From IMG/VR virus record IMGVR_UViG_3300025759_000062, positions 1 through 64,000 of that record: a stretch of DNA of 64,000 nucleotides. One strand, written 5' to 3'. Below the pieces are notes generated by a model. The model did no database searches. It was not told the DNA's origin and worked only from the letters and a program-made list of their open reading frames with translations. Made by a program: the position numbers and the translations under genes. Positions within the stretch are counted from its first letter, which is position 1. Each line of letters starts with the position of its first letter. Shown here in pieces: positions 1-8,173 of this stretch. The DNA comes from a virus. Taxonomy: Duplodnaviria > Caudoviricetes.

Positions 1-293
1 CATTTCTCTTTTGTTTTAATTGGTGTAAAATTCCTTCTTTAACTGCTTAAATACTCGTTAATGATGCAAATAAGCAGCATTCAATCTGCTTAAATAAACA
101 TTATCTCTCTTTGGTTTTAAAGGTTTTTATATGTTGTTTCGTATAATTTGATTTCTTTTCCCATCATTATATGCCTTAACATCCTTTAATGGTGGGACTT
201 CCCATCATCTCATTTGATATGTTATGTTGTACCATTTGAGATGTTATCCGTATTTATACGCTTATATACTTTACACTTTGAGTGCTTTTAATT

Positions 294-497
294 TTACACT
301 TTGGTTTTAAAGGTTTTGTCATACCAATGGCTAATAGCAAATTCATCTGCTGCCATTAGATTACGACACTTATAAGCGAAGTCAACCATCACCTTTTCTT
401 CTTTCTCAAGCAAGTCTGTATTTAGCATCCAAGATTTAAAGTCTGCATCACTCATTAAATTGAAGTTCTCATAAACTTCTTGCATTGGTGTTTTCAT
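294..497 (-). CDS. Hypothetical protein (67 aa) ending KTFKTKV
   Basis: ORF track; starts and ends in copies of the junction repeat. Confidence 0.8.
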   Translation of the reverse strand: MKTPMQEVYENFNLMSDADFKSWMLNTDLLEKEEKVMVDFAYKCRNLMAADEFAISHWYDKTFKTKV

Positions 498-625
498 CTC
501 TCTTTGGTGTTAAAGAATTCAGATAAGTCATCATATAAAGATATAATTTCATTATCAGTTAGTTCACTAACTTGCTGCATTAACGAAGCTCTTAATAACT
601 CTGTTTCTTTATTGTTATCACTCAT
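494..625 (-). CDS. Hypothetical protein (43 aa, MSDNNKETELL...FFNTKER)
   Basis: Read manually; ATGA overlap with the 294..497 start; bounded by junction repeats. Confidence 0.75.
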   Translation of the reverse strand: MSDNNKETELLRASLMQQVSELTDNEIISLYDDLSEFFNTKER

Positions 626-673
626 TTCTCTTTGGTGTTAAAGGTTTACCCTTACTTTGTGAAAATTTAAGGT

Positions 674-808
674 TCATTGTTGTGAGGATTTGTGATGTTC
701 ATCTTTTACTTCTTCCTTGTCATACATATAGCTTAGGAAACTTATCATCCCAAGGGTTGATAAGCCTCCTGCTACTGCAATCATTAATAATAATATCCAA
801 TCCATCAT
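674..808 (-). CDS. Small membrane protein (44 aa, MMDWILLLMIAVAGG...)
   Basis: Read manually; ATGA overlap with the stop of 805..1020; one hydrophobic helix followed by a charged tail. Confidence 0.7.
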   Translation of the reverse strand: MMDWILLLMIAVAGGLSTLGMISFLSYMYDKEEVKDEHHKSSQQ

Positions 809-1020
809 TTAAATCTTAAACTTCCTTCTACTGATACAAAGTCTTGTGCACATCTATCACATGAATAGTTATGCTTTGTCATTTGAATAAGCATTGACTC
901 TGTGCAATTAGGGCACAGTTCATTTGTTTTGTATACAGGATATACATCATACATATTTTGTAGATCCATACTTTCTTTTTGTTGCTCTTCTATGAAGAGC
1001 TCTTTCATTCTTCCCATCAT
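805..1020 (-). CDS. Small zinc-ribbon protein
   Basis: CPNC...CDRC pairs; TAATG coupling to the helicase gene. Confidence 0.75.
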   Translation of the reverse strand: MMGRMKELFIEEQQKESMDLQNMYDVYPVYKTNELCPNCTESMLIQMTKHNYSCDRCAQDFVSVEGSLRFK

Positions 1021-2117
1021 TACTCTAAAGGGTTATAGTATTTAATCTTACTCTGATCAAATCCCTTTAGAGCCTTTTCTACCCAATACTCATCTTGTGT
1101 ACCTTTATAACATAGTACATGACAAGTAGCTGTCTCTGTTGGATTTAATCTTAACAAACGGCCAATACGTTGTGCCGTCTTTCTCTCATTACCATACGCA
1201 TGCATGATAATTCCCTGCTTTAGATTAGGTATAGTAACACCTTCACTAAGCTGGAGTACACAAGACATTTTATCTATGCGTCCATCACTAAATAATTCAA
1301 AGTTTTCCTCAGACTTAGGATTGTTAGAATGATAGGAATGTCTGCAGATTCTATCTGCTTGGTCCTGGGTGTTTGCAAATACAATGCATTTAGAACTAAT
1401 GTTGGATAGAATAGATTTGACATATGCCTCTTTACTTGTATAGTCCATAAGAGCTCTCATCCGCATAATAGAAGCAAACTGTTTTTGCTTTGGTGTATTA
1501 GCTTCTTTAACTCTATTGTCTACATATAGATAATCTCTGTATTCTGATGTATACCAGTGACCGCCTTTCTTATTTTTCTTTTTATAAGTTGGTGTTTTAT
1601 CTAATAGCAGGTAATGAACTACAATTTTATAATCATTAAGAATATTGTTATCAGTAGCATCATCTACAGAGAACTCATACTTAATAGGACAGTACTTTTG
1701 CACCATTCTATACTTTTCTGTACCCTTACGTACTGGTGGTGTACCAGTGAGACCAAGAATCTTACCTGAATAAGCAGTTAAGAATGATTCATGGTTCTCT
1801 AGCAAACTATGACACTCATCTAAGTATACAAGCTGATATTCCATTGGATTATGCTTGTTAATAGATAAGTAAGTTGTAAAGGTAAAGTGTGGTTGTAAAT
1901 GTTCAAGATCCATCTTTTCAAGCTCAGTAAGCCAGGCTTCTTTGATAGATAGTTTTGGTATTACAACCAGTGCTTTTATAAATGGATCATAATTCTTTTG
2001 AAAATGTTGAATTGCAATACGTGTTTTACCTACACCCATTGATATTCCTAATCCACAACGGTTATATTCTAATGATGTTTCTAATGCTTTTGATTGTACT
2101 ACTTCTCTATGTGTCAT
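1020..2117 (-). CDS. Superfamily 2 (DExH) helicase, UvsW/ResIII-like
   Basis: Walker A GVGKT, Walker B DECH, motif III GLTGTP, motif VI QRIGRLLR. Confidence 0.92.
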   Translation of the reverse strand: MTHREVVQSKALETSLEYNRCGLGISMGVGKTRIAIQHFQKNYDPFIKALVVIPKLSIKEAWLTELEKMDLEHLQPHFTFTTYLSINKHNPMEYQLVYLDECHSLLENHESFLTAYSGKILGLTGTPPVRKGTEKYRMVQKYCPIKYEFSVDDATDNNILNDYKIVVHYLLLDKTPTYKKKNKKGGHWYTSEYRDYLYVDNRVKEANTPKQKQFASIMRMRALMDYTSKEAYVKSILSNISSKCIVFANTQDQADRICRHSYHSNNPKSEENFELFSDGRIDKMSCVLQLSEGVTIPNLKQGIIMHAYGNERKTAQRIGRLLRLNPTETATCHVLCYKGTQDEYWVEKALKGFDQSKIKYYNPLE

Positions 2118-2118
2118 T

Positions 2119-2325
2119 TTAAAATGTTAACCATTTTAATCTTCTTTGATATTTTCTGATTAAAACAGCATTGTTATTTAGATGTTTTGTAACTCCTTTA
2201 GACCAATTTGATTCTACTTCTGCTCTTATAACAGTATTAATGGTATCAAAGTGTAATTTATGTAGATAATCTCTTACATAATTAAGATGTCTTCTCTTTT
2301 TAAATAAATTTTTAATTCTTTTCAT
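2119..2325 (-). CDS. Hypothetical basic protein
   Basis: ORF track; abuts the helicase start. Confidence 0.7.
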   Translation of the reverse strand: MKRIKNLFKKRRHLNYVRDYLHKLHFDTINTVIRAEVESNWSKGVTKHLNNNAVLIRKYQRRLKWLTF

Positions 2326-2350
2326 AACAAAATGTTTAGTGAAACATAGG

Positions 2351-2424
2351 TGCTCCCTACAGGGCTTGAACCTGTGACCTACTGATTATGAGTCAGTTGC
2401 TCTGACCAACTGAGCTAAGAGAGC
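2351..2424 (-). tRNA. tRNA with CAT anticodon (probably Ile2, possibly elongator Met)
   Basis: Cloverleaf GCTCTCT..., D arm TAGCTCAGTTGGTCAGAGC, anticodon arm ACTGA-CTCATAA-TCAGT, T loop GGTTCAAG; no encoded CCA; lacks initiator features. Confidence 0.9.
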
Positions 2425-2428
2425 TAAG

Positions 2429-2514
2429 TAGCCGGAGTGGGACTTGAACCCACACGGGTATTACTACCCAACAGATTTTAAGTCTGTCATGTCTACCACT
2501 TCCATCATCCGGCC
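2429..2514 (-). tRNA. tRNA-Leu(TAA)
   Basis: Acceptor GGCCGGA/TCCGGCT, anticodon arm ACAGA-CTTAAAA-TCTGT, long variable arm GGGTA..TACCC, T loop GGTTCAAGTCC. Confidence 0.93.
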
Positions 2515-2520
2515 ATCTAG

Positions 2521-2594
<74 letters not shown>

Positions 2595-2601
2595 AATGTT
2601 G

Positions 2602-2826
2602 TTAATCTATATTCTTCTTCCAGAATCTAGTGTATTTACCATTCTCCTCAATAATAATGATGTTTCCGTGTATATCCACAACAGTAATTGTGTCAACTCT
2701 CTCAAAATTTTCTTGATGTTTATTCTCAACGTACTCATGATCTTGAAATAATACTACAATTGTACCTACAATTATAATCATTATAAGAGACCATAAAGTA
2801 AATTTAAATAAGCTTTCCTTATCCAT
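2602..2826 (-). CDS. Small single-pass membrane protein
   Basis: N-terminal hydrophobic helix FTLWSLIMIIIVGTIVVLF. Confidence 0.75.
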   Translation of the reverse strand: MDKESLFKFTLWSLIMIIIVGTIVVLFQDHEYVENKHQENFERVDTITVVDIHGNIIIIEENGKYTRFWKKNID

Positions 2827-3230
2827 TAGTCTATTCTTTTTTCAGAAAACCCAAGTTCTTCTGCTTCAGCCGGATGTTCCTCTATATACATATGACAGTG
2901 TCTACATACAGATAGCCAAGTACTAACCATAAGATGATATTGACCTCTGCCTTTTTTGTGATGAACATCTGTTGACTGCCCTGTACATCCAGGTAATGCA
3001 GCTTCACACATTGGTTTCTCCTCCATAAACTTTTTTCTAAGTTTACTGTAAGCTAAATCAATGATTTGCATTGTCTTAGACTTCTTGTTGATTGGTTTTC
3101 TTTTAAGTGGTTTATTTTCTTGCCTATACTTATACCAGCAATTCTTGCAATACCGGCTACCTTTATCATTTTTCCAGATAAACTGCTCAGTATTGCAATT
3201 ATTGCATAGTTTCTTTTTCTTCTCAATCAT
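2826..3230 (-). CDS. Zn-binding HNH-like (NinG-like) endonuclease
   Basis: N-terminal CxxC pairs; CEAALPGC...DVHHKKGR...CRHCH pattern. Confidence 0.7.
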   Translation of the reverse strand: MIEKKKKLCNNCNTEQFIWKNDKGSRYCKNCWYKYRQENKPLKRKPINKKSKTMQIIDLAYSKLRKKFMEEKPMCEAALPGCTGQSTDVHHKKGRGQYHLMVSTWLSVCRHCHMYIEEHPAEAEELGFSEKRID

Positions 3231-3739
3231 TTTACAGTCAAAAAGTTTTTGGGCAATAAGCCTTTCTTCATGTAGAATAAGATTAAATCTTCATAAGTTA
3301 AACCAAGATCTTTAAAACTTAGTTTGTTTACATATGTAGGATCTATTTCATCTACAGGGATAGAATTAATCTGTCTTCCTAGCTCTGTGGTGTTAAAGAT
3401 ACTAAAAATTTGCATAGCTTTTTTGTTAGTAATTACTTGCTTCCAAGCATTTACCTCTCTTTGTCCACGTTGCCAGACTTTTTTGATTCTTCTTTTCTTA
3501 TCCCAATGAAGTTTACTCACTTGTTCAGGAGTATAAACATTTAAACCGTGCAACACTCTTTTGAATAAGAAGTGCTGTGTTGGATTGAGTTTAGTGTAAT
3601 CTAAACGTTGTGCTATAAGTTCAGGTTGAGTTTGATACTCACTCAGTATACCCAAGTACTCATAACGTTCTTTGCGTGCTTGTAATTCAGCTATTTGCTG
3701 CTCAAGCTTAAGGATTTGTTTTTGTTCATTAGAAAGCAT
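3227..3739 (-). CDS. Hypothetical phage protein (170 aa)
   Basis: ORF track; ATGA overlap with the downstream gene. Confidence 0.85.
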   Translation of the reverse strand: MLSNEQKQILKLEQQIAELQARKERYEYLGILSEYQTQPELIAQRLDYTKLNPTQHFLFKRVLHGLNVYTPEQVSKLHWDKKRRIKKVWQRGQREVNAWKQVITNKKAMQIFSIFNTTELGRQINSIPVDEIDPTYVNKLSFKDLGLTYEDLILFYMKKGLLPKNFLTVK

Positions 3740-3766
3740 GTTTAAGTATATTAATTAGGTGAAAAT

Positions 3767-3797
3767 AAAAAGAGGGCCGGTATTTCTACCAGCCCTC
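3767..3797 (-). terminator. Rho-independent terminator
   Basis: Minus strand GAGGGCTGGT-AGAAAT-ACCGGCCCTC followed by TTTTT. Confidence 0.8.
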
Positions 3798-3869
3798 ATA
3801 AAAGGTTTACTCTAAGCGCGCTGTTCCCTGTATTATTTCAACAGTTGGTGGGAAGCGGAGTAAACGTGT

Positions 3870-4442
3870 TTATAACTCAAAAGTGGCATCCTCTAGTTCT
3901 TCTTCTACCACTTCTTCTTCAGCTTCAGCTTGAACCTCTGCTATTGAGTCTTCAAGATCCACTTGCTTATCATTCTCAAATGCTTCTTCTACAGTAGCAT
4001 TTTTGATTTTATTACCATTATCTTCATTATTTGCTTCACGGATTGCATCACCATTATCGTGTGCTACAAGTACATCCTCTGCTCCTGTATCAGCAGTGTA
4101 CATTGTTTTCCTATAAATAGGTTGTCCGTCTTGGCAACAAATGATACCAGTATTACCAGCAATCTTAAGATCTCTATCAGGATCATTGTTGCTAAATGGC
4201 TCTAATGATTCTCTAATTACAATCTTACCTGGTAATTCTTTCATGTTTTGAATACCCATTTCTCTTAGGTCTTCAACTTTACCGTGTAATAGTGTACTAA
4301 CTGTTTTACGGCTTACCCATCCTGTGTTACCAAAAGTCACTCTTTCTTGTTGTAGTCTTACATGACCATACTCACTGTTGTTTTGAGACACACGGATTAC
4401 GCTCCCTAATTCATCAGGGATAATTTGAACTTTGTTTTGCAT
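3870..4442 (-). CDS. Putative single-stranded DNA-binding protein
   Basis: Beta-rich N-terminal domain plus a very acidic tail ending in FEL, the usual SSB architecture; function inferred. Confidence 0.5.
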   Translation of the reverse strand: MQNKVQIIPDELGSVIRVSQNNSEYGHVRLQQERVTFGNTGWVSRKTVSTLLHGKVEDLREMGIQNMKELPGKIVIRESLEPFSNNDPDRDLKIAGNTGIICCQDGQPIYRKTMYTADTGAEDVLVAHDNGDAIREANNEDNGNKIKNATVEEAFENDKQVDLEDSIAEVQAEAEEEVVEEELEDATFEL

Positions 4443-4466
4443 TTTTTAAATTATAAAAGGTTAAAC

Positions 4467-4742
4467 TTATATGTCATCTGGGTGAAAGTAATCATCTTCT
4501 AATTTTTCATTTGGATCTATTTCAAATAAATCTGGTTCAAAGTCATCATCTGATAGTAGTTCTTTTACTACTGTCTTATCTTCATTATTACCATTTGCAA
4601 ATAAACTATAAAAAGGATTGCTACACTCAAGACTATATGCTGAACTTAAACCATTAAGCTCTTTAACCTCTATATCATCCAGTTCTAGGAACTGCTCTAC
4701 AGAAAGTTCAATTATACGTCCATTTGGTAACTGATATATCAT
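4467..4742 (-). CDS. Acidic hypothetical protein
   Basis: ORF track; A-rich leader. Confidence 0.8.
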   Translation of the reverse strand: MIYQLPNGRIIELSVEQFLELDDIEVKELNGLSSAYSLECSNPFYSLFANGNNEDKTVVKELLSDDDFEPDLFEIDPNEKLEDDYFHPDDI

Positions 4743-4852
4743 TTCATTACAACAATAGTTGTAAATTTAAAAATATAAAAGCTATTATAGAAGTATAATT
4801 AAGAGCTTATAGTATATGTTCTGCAAATAATTAGCAGTATATAGCTAAGTAT

Positions 4853-5110
4853 TTATCTTAGAATTAATTTTCTACCCTGTCTTCTTATGTATTTCTTATC
4901 TTTTAGTTCTTTTAATAGTATTGCTGTGTATCTTACTGTAATATTGCAGTGATCTGCCATAGTGTTCCTTGATGGAAAGCACTCTCTATTTTTATCAGCG
5001 TATGTACACAAAAAACTATAAAGTCCCTTAGCTTGAATACTTAATTCAGGGTCTTGTAATACATCTTGACTGACAATACCAAACTTCTTAGTGTACGACA
5101 TGTCTATCAA
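4853..5110 (-). CDS. Winged helix-turn-helix protein (phage replication-initiator-like HTH)
   Basis: LSIQAKGLYSFLC...CFPSRNTMADHCNIT...LKELKDKKYI matches the HTH_36-type pattern. Confidence 0.75.
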   Translation of the reverse strand: MIDMSYTKKFGIVSQDVLQDPELSIQAKGLYSFLCTYADKNRECFPSRNTMADHCNITVRYTAILLKELKDKKYIRRQGRKLILR

Positions 5111-5285
5111 GAATTAATCTAGTGGCTGTAAACCATGATGAGGTATCAGCCAATTCAGTATCTCTCATATGATACCGTTTATTCATATAGCTTCCAAAGC
5201 TATGAACTTGTTTTTGATAAAGCCTCTTCAAGGTTCCCCACTTCTTTATCTCCGATCTGAGTAGATGTTTGTTTATTCTTGCCAT
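5088..5285 (-). CDS. Hypothetical basic protein
   Basis: ORF track; overlaps both neighbours. Confidence 0.55.
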   Translation of the reverse strand: MARINKHLLRSEIKKWGTLKRLYQKQVHSFGSYMNKRYHMRDTELADTSSWFTATRLILDRHVVH

Positions 5286-5748
5286 TGTTTAAACTTGTAA
5301 AGTATTTTATATCACTCTTATCAACTTTAGTTACACTTAATGTGTGTACTTTGTGTTCATGGTAAGATAATTTACCCTCATCATCATGATATAGAAACTT
5401 AACTCTAACTGTACCATAGTAAGGATTGTACTTAGATGAATAAGAACCGTCTTCTGTTACTATAGCATACACCATATCTGTATCAGGACATATCAAACCC
5501 ATCTCTTTTAATGTATCATAGTTAAAATAAGTCTTAGCATGATAAGAATCTATCTCGGTTTTGATATAGTCACCACGGTTTATAAGTTGTAGTGGTTTAT
5601 CATCACTAAGCATATCAACGATATACTCCAAAGAATCTGAATCTAATAAAGAAATTATAGCCTTAATAGCATGATCATAATTTACATGATCTTCCTTAAG
5701 CAGTGATTTAAAGATGTTAAAGATTGTTTTATTTGTTACTCTATGCAT
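5200..5748 (-). CDS. Hypothetical protein (182 aa)
   Basis: ORF track. Confidence 0.8.
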   Translation of the reverse strand: MHRVTNKTIFNIFKSLLKEDHVNYDHAIKAIISLLDSDSLEYIVDMLSDDKPLQLINRGDYIKTEIDSYHAKTYFNYDTLKEMGLICPDTDMVYAIVTEDGSYSSKYNPYYGTVRVKFLYHDDEGKLSYHEHKVHTLSVTKVDKSDIKYFTSLNNGKNKQTSTQIGDKEVGNLEEALSKTSS

Positions 5749-5767
5749 TATTATTAATTTTTAAATA

Positions 5768-5861
5768 GAAAGATAACTTGCCTGGCTGCGTAACCAGCTT
5801 ACGTCCCTGTTTAACACTTACGTTAACAAACCAAAACCAAAAGAGGAACAAGTTATCTTTC
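5768..5861 (-). ncRNA. Candidate structured RNA element (13-bp closing stem, U/G-rich single-stranded segment)
   Basis: GAAAGATAACTTG/CAAGTTATCTTTC inverted repeat enclosing hairpin CTGGTT-ACGC-AGCCAG and the segment CTTTTGGTTTTGGTTTG. Confidence 0.45.
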
Positions 5862-5884
5862 ATCACCTAAACATACTCACAATA

Positions 5885-5959
5885 GGAACTATAGTTCCCT
5901 ATAACAATAGTATATATAATAATAATATACTGGTACTGTTAGGGGGAACTATATTTCCC
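5885..5959. promoter_or_regulatory. Pair of palindromic sites flanking an AT-rich core (operator or origin candidate)
   Basis: GGAACTATAGTTCC (5885-5898, perfect palindrome) and GGGAACTATATTTCCC (5944-5959). Confidence 0.45.
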
Positions 5960-5966
5960 TTTTCAT

Positions 5967-6554
5967 TTATGTATATAAAGACTCTGCAATAAAAACGTCT
6001 TTACCTTTAATCATTCTAATCTTATTGCAGAAGTCTTTACTACTTCCATTCTCACGTATGATAGATTTAAATCTTTTCATATGTATCCTGGCTTGATCAA
6101 CAATCCTAATGTTCTCAAAATGTCCTAAAGCAACAAACTCATCATAAAATAATGTGTTTGTTATTGACACACCACCCATTTGGTCTATGTGTAGTTCTGA
6201 TTTATTATCATAAATACCAGTTGGACTCTGATTTTGTAGATTGTATTTACCATTTTCAGTTATCTTCTTGTAAAATGCTTCCATGTATTTTGTTGGTAAT
6301 GCATGTACAGTGATAGATATCTCACTTTTGTTTGACTCAAAATTGTAGTTAAAGTATATCCAAGCATCATAGTATTGATTCATTATAGTGAGATAAGAAG
6401 TTTTATCTTCATATGCACCATAAGTAATACTACCAAGATGTCCTTTGAATAGTCTGTTTCTATCAAATTTCATTATGGTCTTAGCATATCCGTTTAAAGG
6501 TCTTTTGCTTTTACCTTTAATTTCTTCAATATACTTCTTTAGTATTTTGTCCAT
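5967..6554 (-). CDS. Hypothetical protein (195 aa)
   Basis: ORF track. Confidence 0.8.
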   Translation of the reverse strand: MDKILKKYIEEIKGKSKRPLNGYAKTIMKFDRNRLFKGHLGSITYGAYEDKTSYLTIMNQYYDAWIYFNYNFESNKSEISITVHALPTKYMEAFYKKITENGKYNLQNQSPTGIYDNKSELHIDQMGGVSITNTLFYDEFVALGHFENIRIVDQARIHMKRFKSIIRENGSSKDFCNKIRMIKGKDVFIAESLYT

Positions 6555-6682
6555 GATATCTCAAGCATTACAAATGGTATACATATGGCAATACGATTTC
6601 TTTGCCAAGCAATACCTAATCCTAAGAATGATGCCCATTGAAGTTCAAAGTTTAAATTTTTCATGATTATGTTTTTTAAGTG

Positions 6683-6710
6683 AAAAAAAAAGAGCACCGT
6701 TAAGTGCTCT
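6683..6710 (-). terminator. Rho-independent terminator
   Basis: Minus strand AGAGCAC-TTAACG-GTGCTCT followed by a long T run. Confidence 0.75.
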
Positions 6711-6717
6711 GTTAAAG

Positions 6718-6867
6718 TTAAATTTTTATTTCCCTGGATTCACCATCATAGCATTTCATTAGGATTCTTTTCTGATCCGTTCTGTCTATTGCATGTTCAA
6801 GAGAGGGTGTAATAAATTCTGACCCATCTCTAAAATAGATGTAAGTACATTCTTTATCTTCTTCCAT
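6718..6867 (-). CDS. Hypothetical protein (49 aa, MEEDKECTYIYFRDG...)
   Basis: Read manually; ends just before the terminator. Confidence 0.7.
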   Translation of the reverse strand: MEEDKECTYIYFRDGSEFITPSLEHAIDRTDQKRILMKCYDGESREIKI

Positions 6868-6932
6868 GATTAAAAGTATTTCCAGCTAATGTATATAACA
6901 GGTAAGACTTATACAAATCCTACCTGTTAAAA

Positions 6933-7229
6933 TTAAAATGAGAGTGTATAATTTAAGTAGCTACCATCATCTTGGTGATAGTCTCCAACTTCAATTAAAT
7001 CATCTTCAAGAGCAATCTCACGCAAACCAATGTTGCTGTGTAGCTCTCCTACAAGCTGCTCATATGTCAACTTGTAATCTAATGTGTGTGTTTTGACACG
7101 TTTGTAATCTCCGTCTTGGTTACGGATTACACTAAAGTTTCCAAAGTGGCCTGGTGAATCAGGTACTAAGGTTACTACTTTGTCTGAATGTTTAACAAAC
7201 AATTGTGGGTGTACAATGTAAATACGCAT
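6933..7229 (-). CDS. Hypothetical protein (98 aa)
   Basis: ORF track; CACCTAAAAC leader. Confidence 0.75.
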   Translation of the reverse strand: MRIYIVHPQLFVKHSDKVVTLVPDSPGHFGNFSVIRNQDGDYKRVKTHTLDYKLTYEQLVGELHSNIGLREIALEDDLIEVGDYHQDDGSYLNYTLSF

Positions 7230-7262
7230 AATAAAAAATGTTTTAGGTGATTAATGTTTCAG

Positions 7263-7487
7263 TTAATACTCATACCATTCTTCAGGAGCCAATGTAAACG
7301 GTTCATCTTTATACCATATTACAGTGGCAATACCAGTGGTATCAGCAACAATTTGACAACGATCTGTATAAACTACAGTGTTCTCTTCCGGTGAATAGTA
7401 CTCAATACCTTCATCATGTATACGACCATATTGAAATGATGCATAACACATAATGAATACTACCAAGTACCAGTAGTATCTTTCCAT
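7263..7487 (-). CDS. Small membrane-anchored or exported protein
   Basis: N-terminal hydrophobic segment YYWYLVVFIMCYASF. Confidence 0.7.
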   Translation of the reverse strand: MERYYWYLVVFIMCYASFQYGRIHDEGIEYYSPEENTVVYTDRCQIVADTTGIATVIWYKDEPFTLAPEEWYEY

Positions 7488-7511
7488 ACAATTTTGTTTT
7501 AGGTGTTATAA

Positions 7512-7799
7512 GTGTGTGAGATATTATTTCAACCCCACACACATATGTCTTACACAGTAGGTACCTACCTTGTGTCCTGGATTAAGACTCACATAGTTTA
7601 ACAATTTGATTCCAGGTAACGTTATTACTAATACTAATTACTTCCTATCAATAAGGTTTAGGGTGCTACCCTTGGCCTCTGACCCCTTATTCTTGCAACG
7701 CGTTTACTGAGACTCTCTTTCTTAGTCTCACGGAAATAATTAGTACCTATAACTGCAGATTGTTTTAGATAGGCCTCTCTTGACCAGTTGGCAGTTATA
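7512..7799 (-). ncRNA. Candidate multi-stem noncoding RNA
   Basis: No ORF; nested inverted repeats over the whole interval (see findings). Confidence 0.5.
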
Positions 7800-7811
7800 T
7801 TTTATTTAGGG

Positions 7812-8012
7812 TTAATAACTCTCATAATAGTCTACTGATACTATTGCGGATGGAACCCATCCAACAATAAGCATGAACACACCATATGCCGGGTGTACTA
7901 ATACTTCTCTATATGATACAGTAGAAGATAGTACATAGATAAGTAAGCCAAGTAATGTATATGTAAGTAACATAGTACCAATGGCAATAAGCATTGTCTT
8001 AGTAGCTTTCAT
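7812..8012 (-). CDS. Two-TM membrane protein (66 aa from MKATKTML)
   Basis: Two hydrophobic helices; start reassigned to ATG 8012 behind an A/T-rich leader. Confidence 0.7.
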   Translation of the reverse strand: MKATKTMLIAIGTMLLTYTLLGLLIYVLSSTVSYREVLVHPAYGVFMLIVGWVPSAIVSVDYYESY

Positions 8013-8173
8013 AGCTATATTTATATATTTAAGTGATACAATAAGTAGAGTGTGTAAGAAAGTGGGTATATGTGGTGTTTTTGACCACACATTCACAATG
8101 CAACACACAAATAAATAGTTTTTGCAGTGAAATAATAAGTGCAAGGGCTTTTACACCCCTGCACTGCAATTTC

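Larger units (their letters stand above)
1..647 (-). repeat. Dispersed gene-junction repeat, consensus AAACCTTTAA(C/A)ACCAAAGAGA(A/G)ATG, 5 copies
   Basis: Copies at ~1-20 (degenerate), 99-127, 294-317, 495-515 and 623-647; most end in the ATG of the next ORF. Confidence 0.85.

Noticed and set aside
1-647. Junction repeats as a CRISPR array
   Set aside because: Copies are degenerate, spacing is 100-200 nt and irregular, the units between them include ORFs, and no cas genes are present
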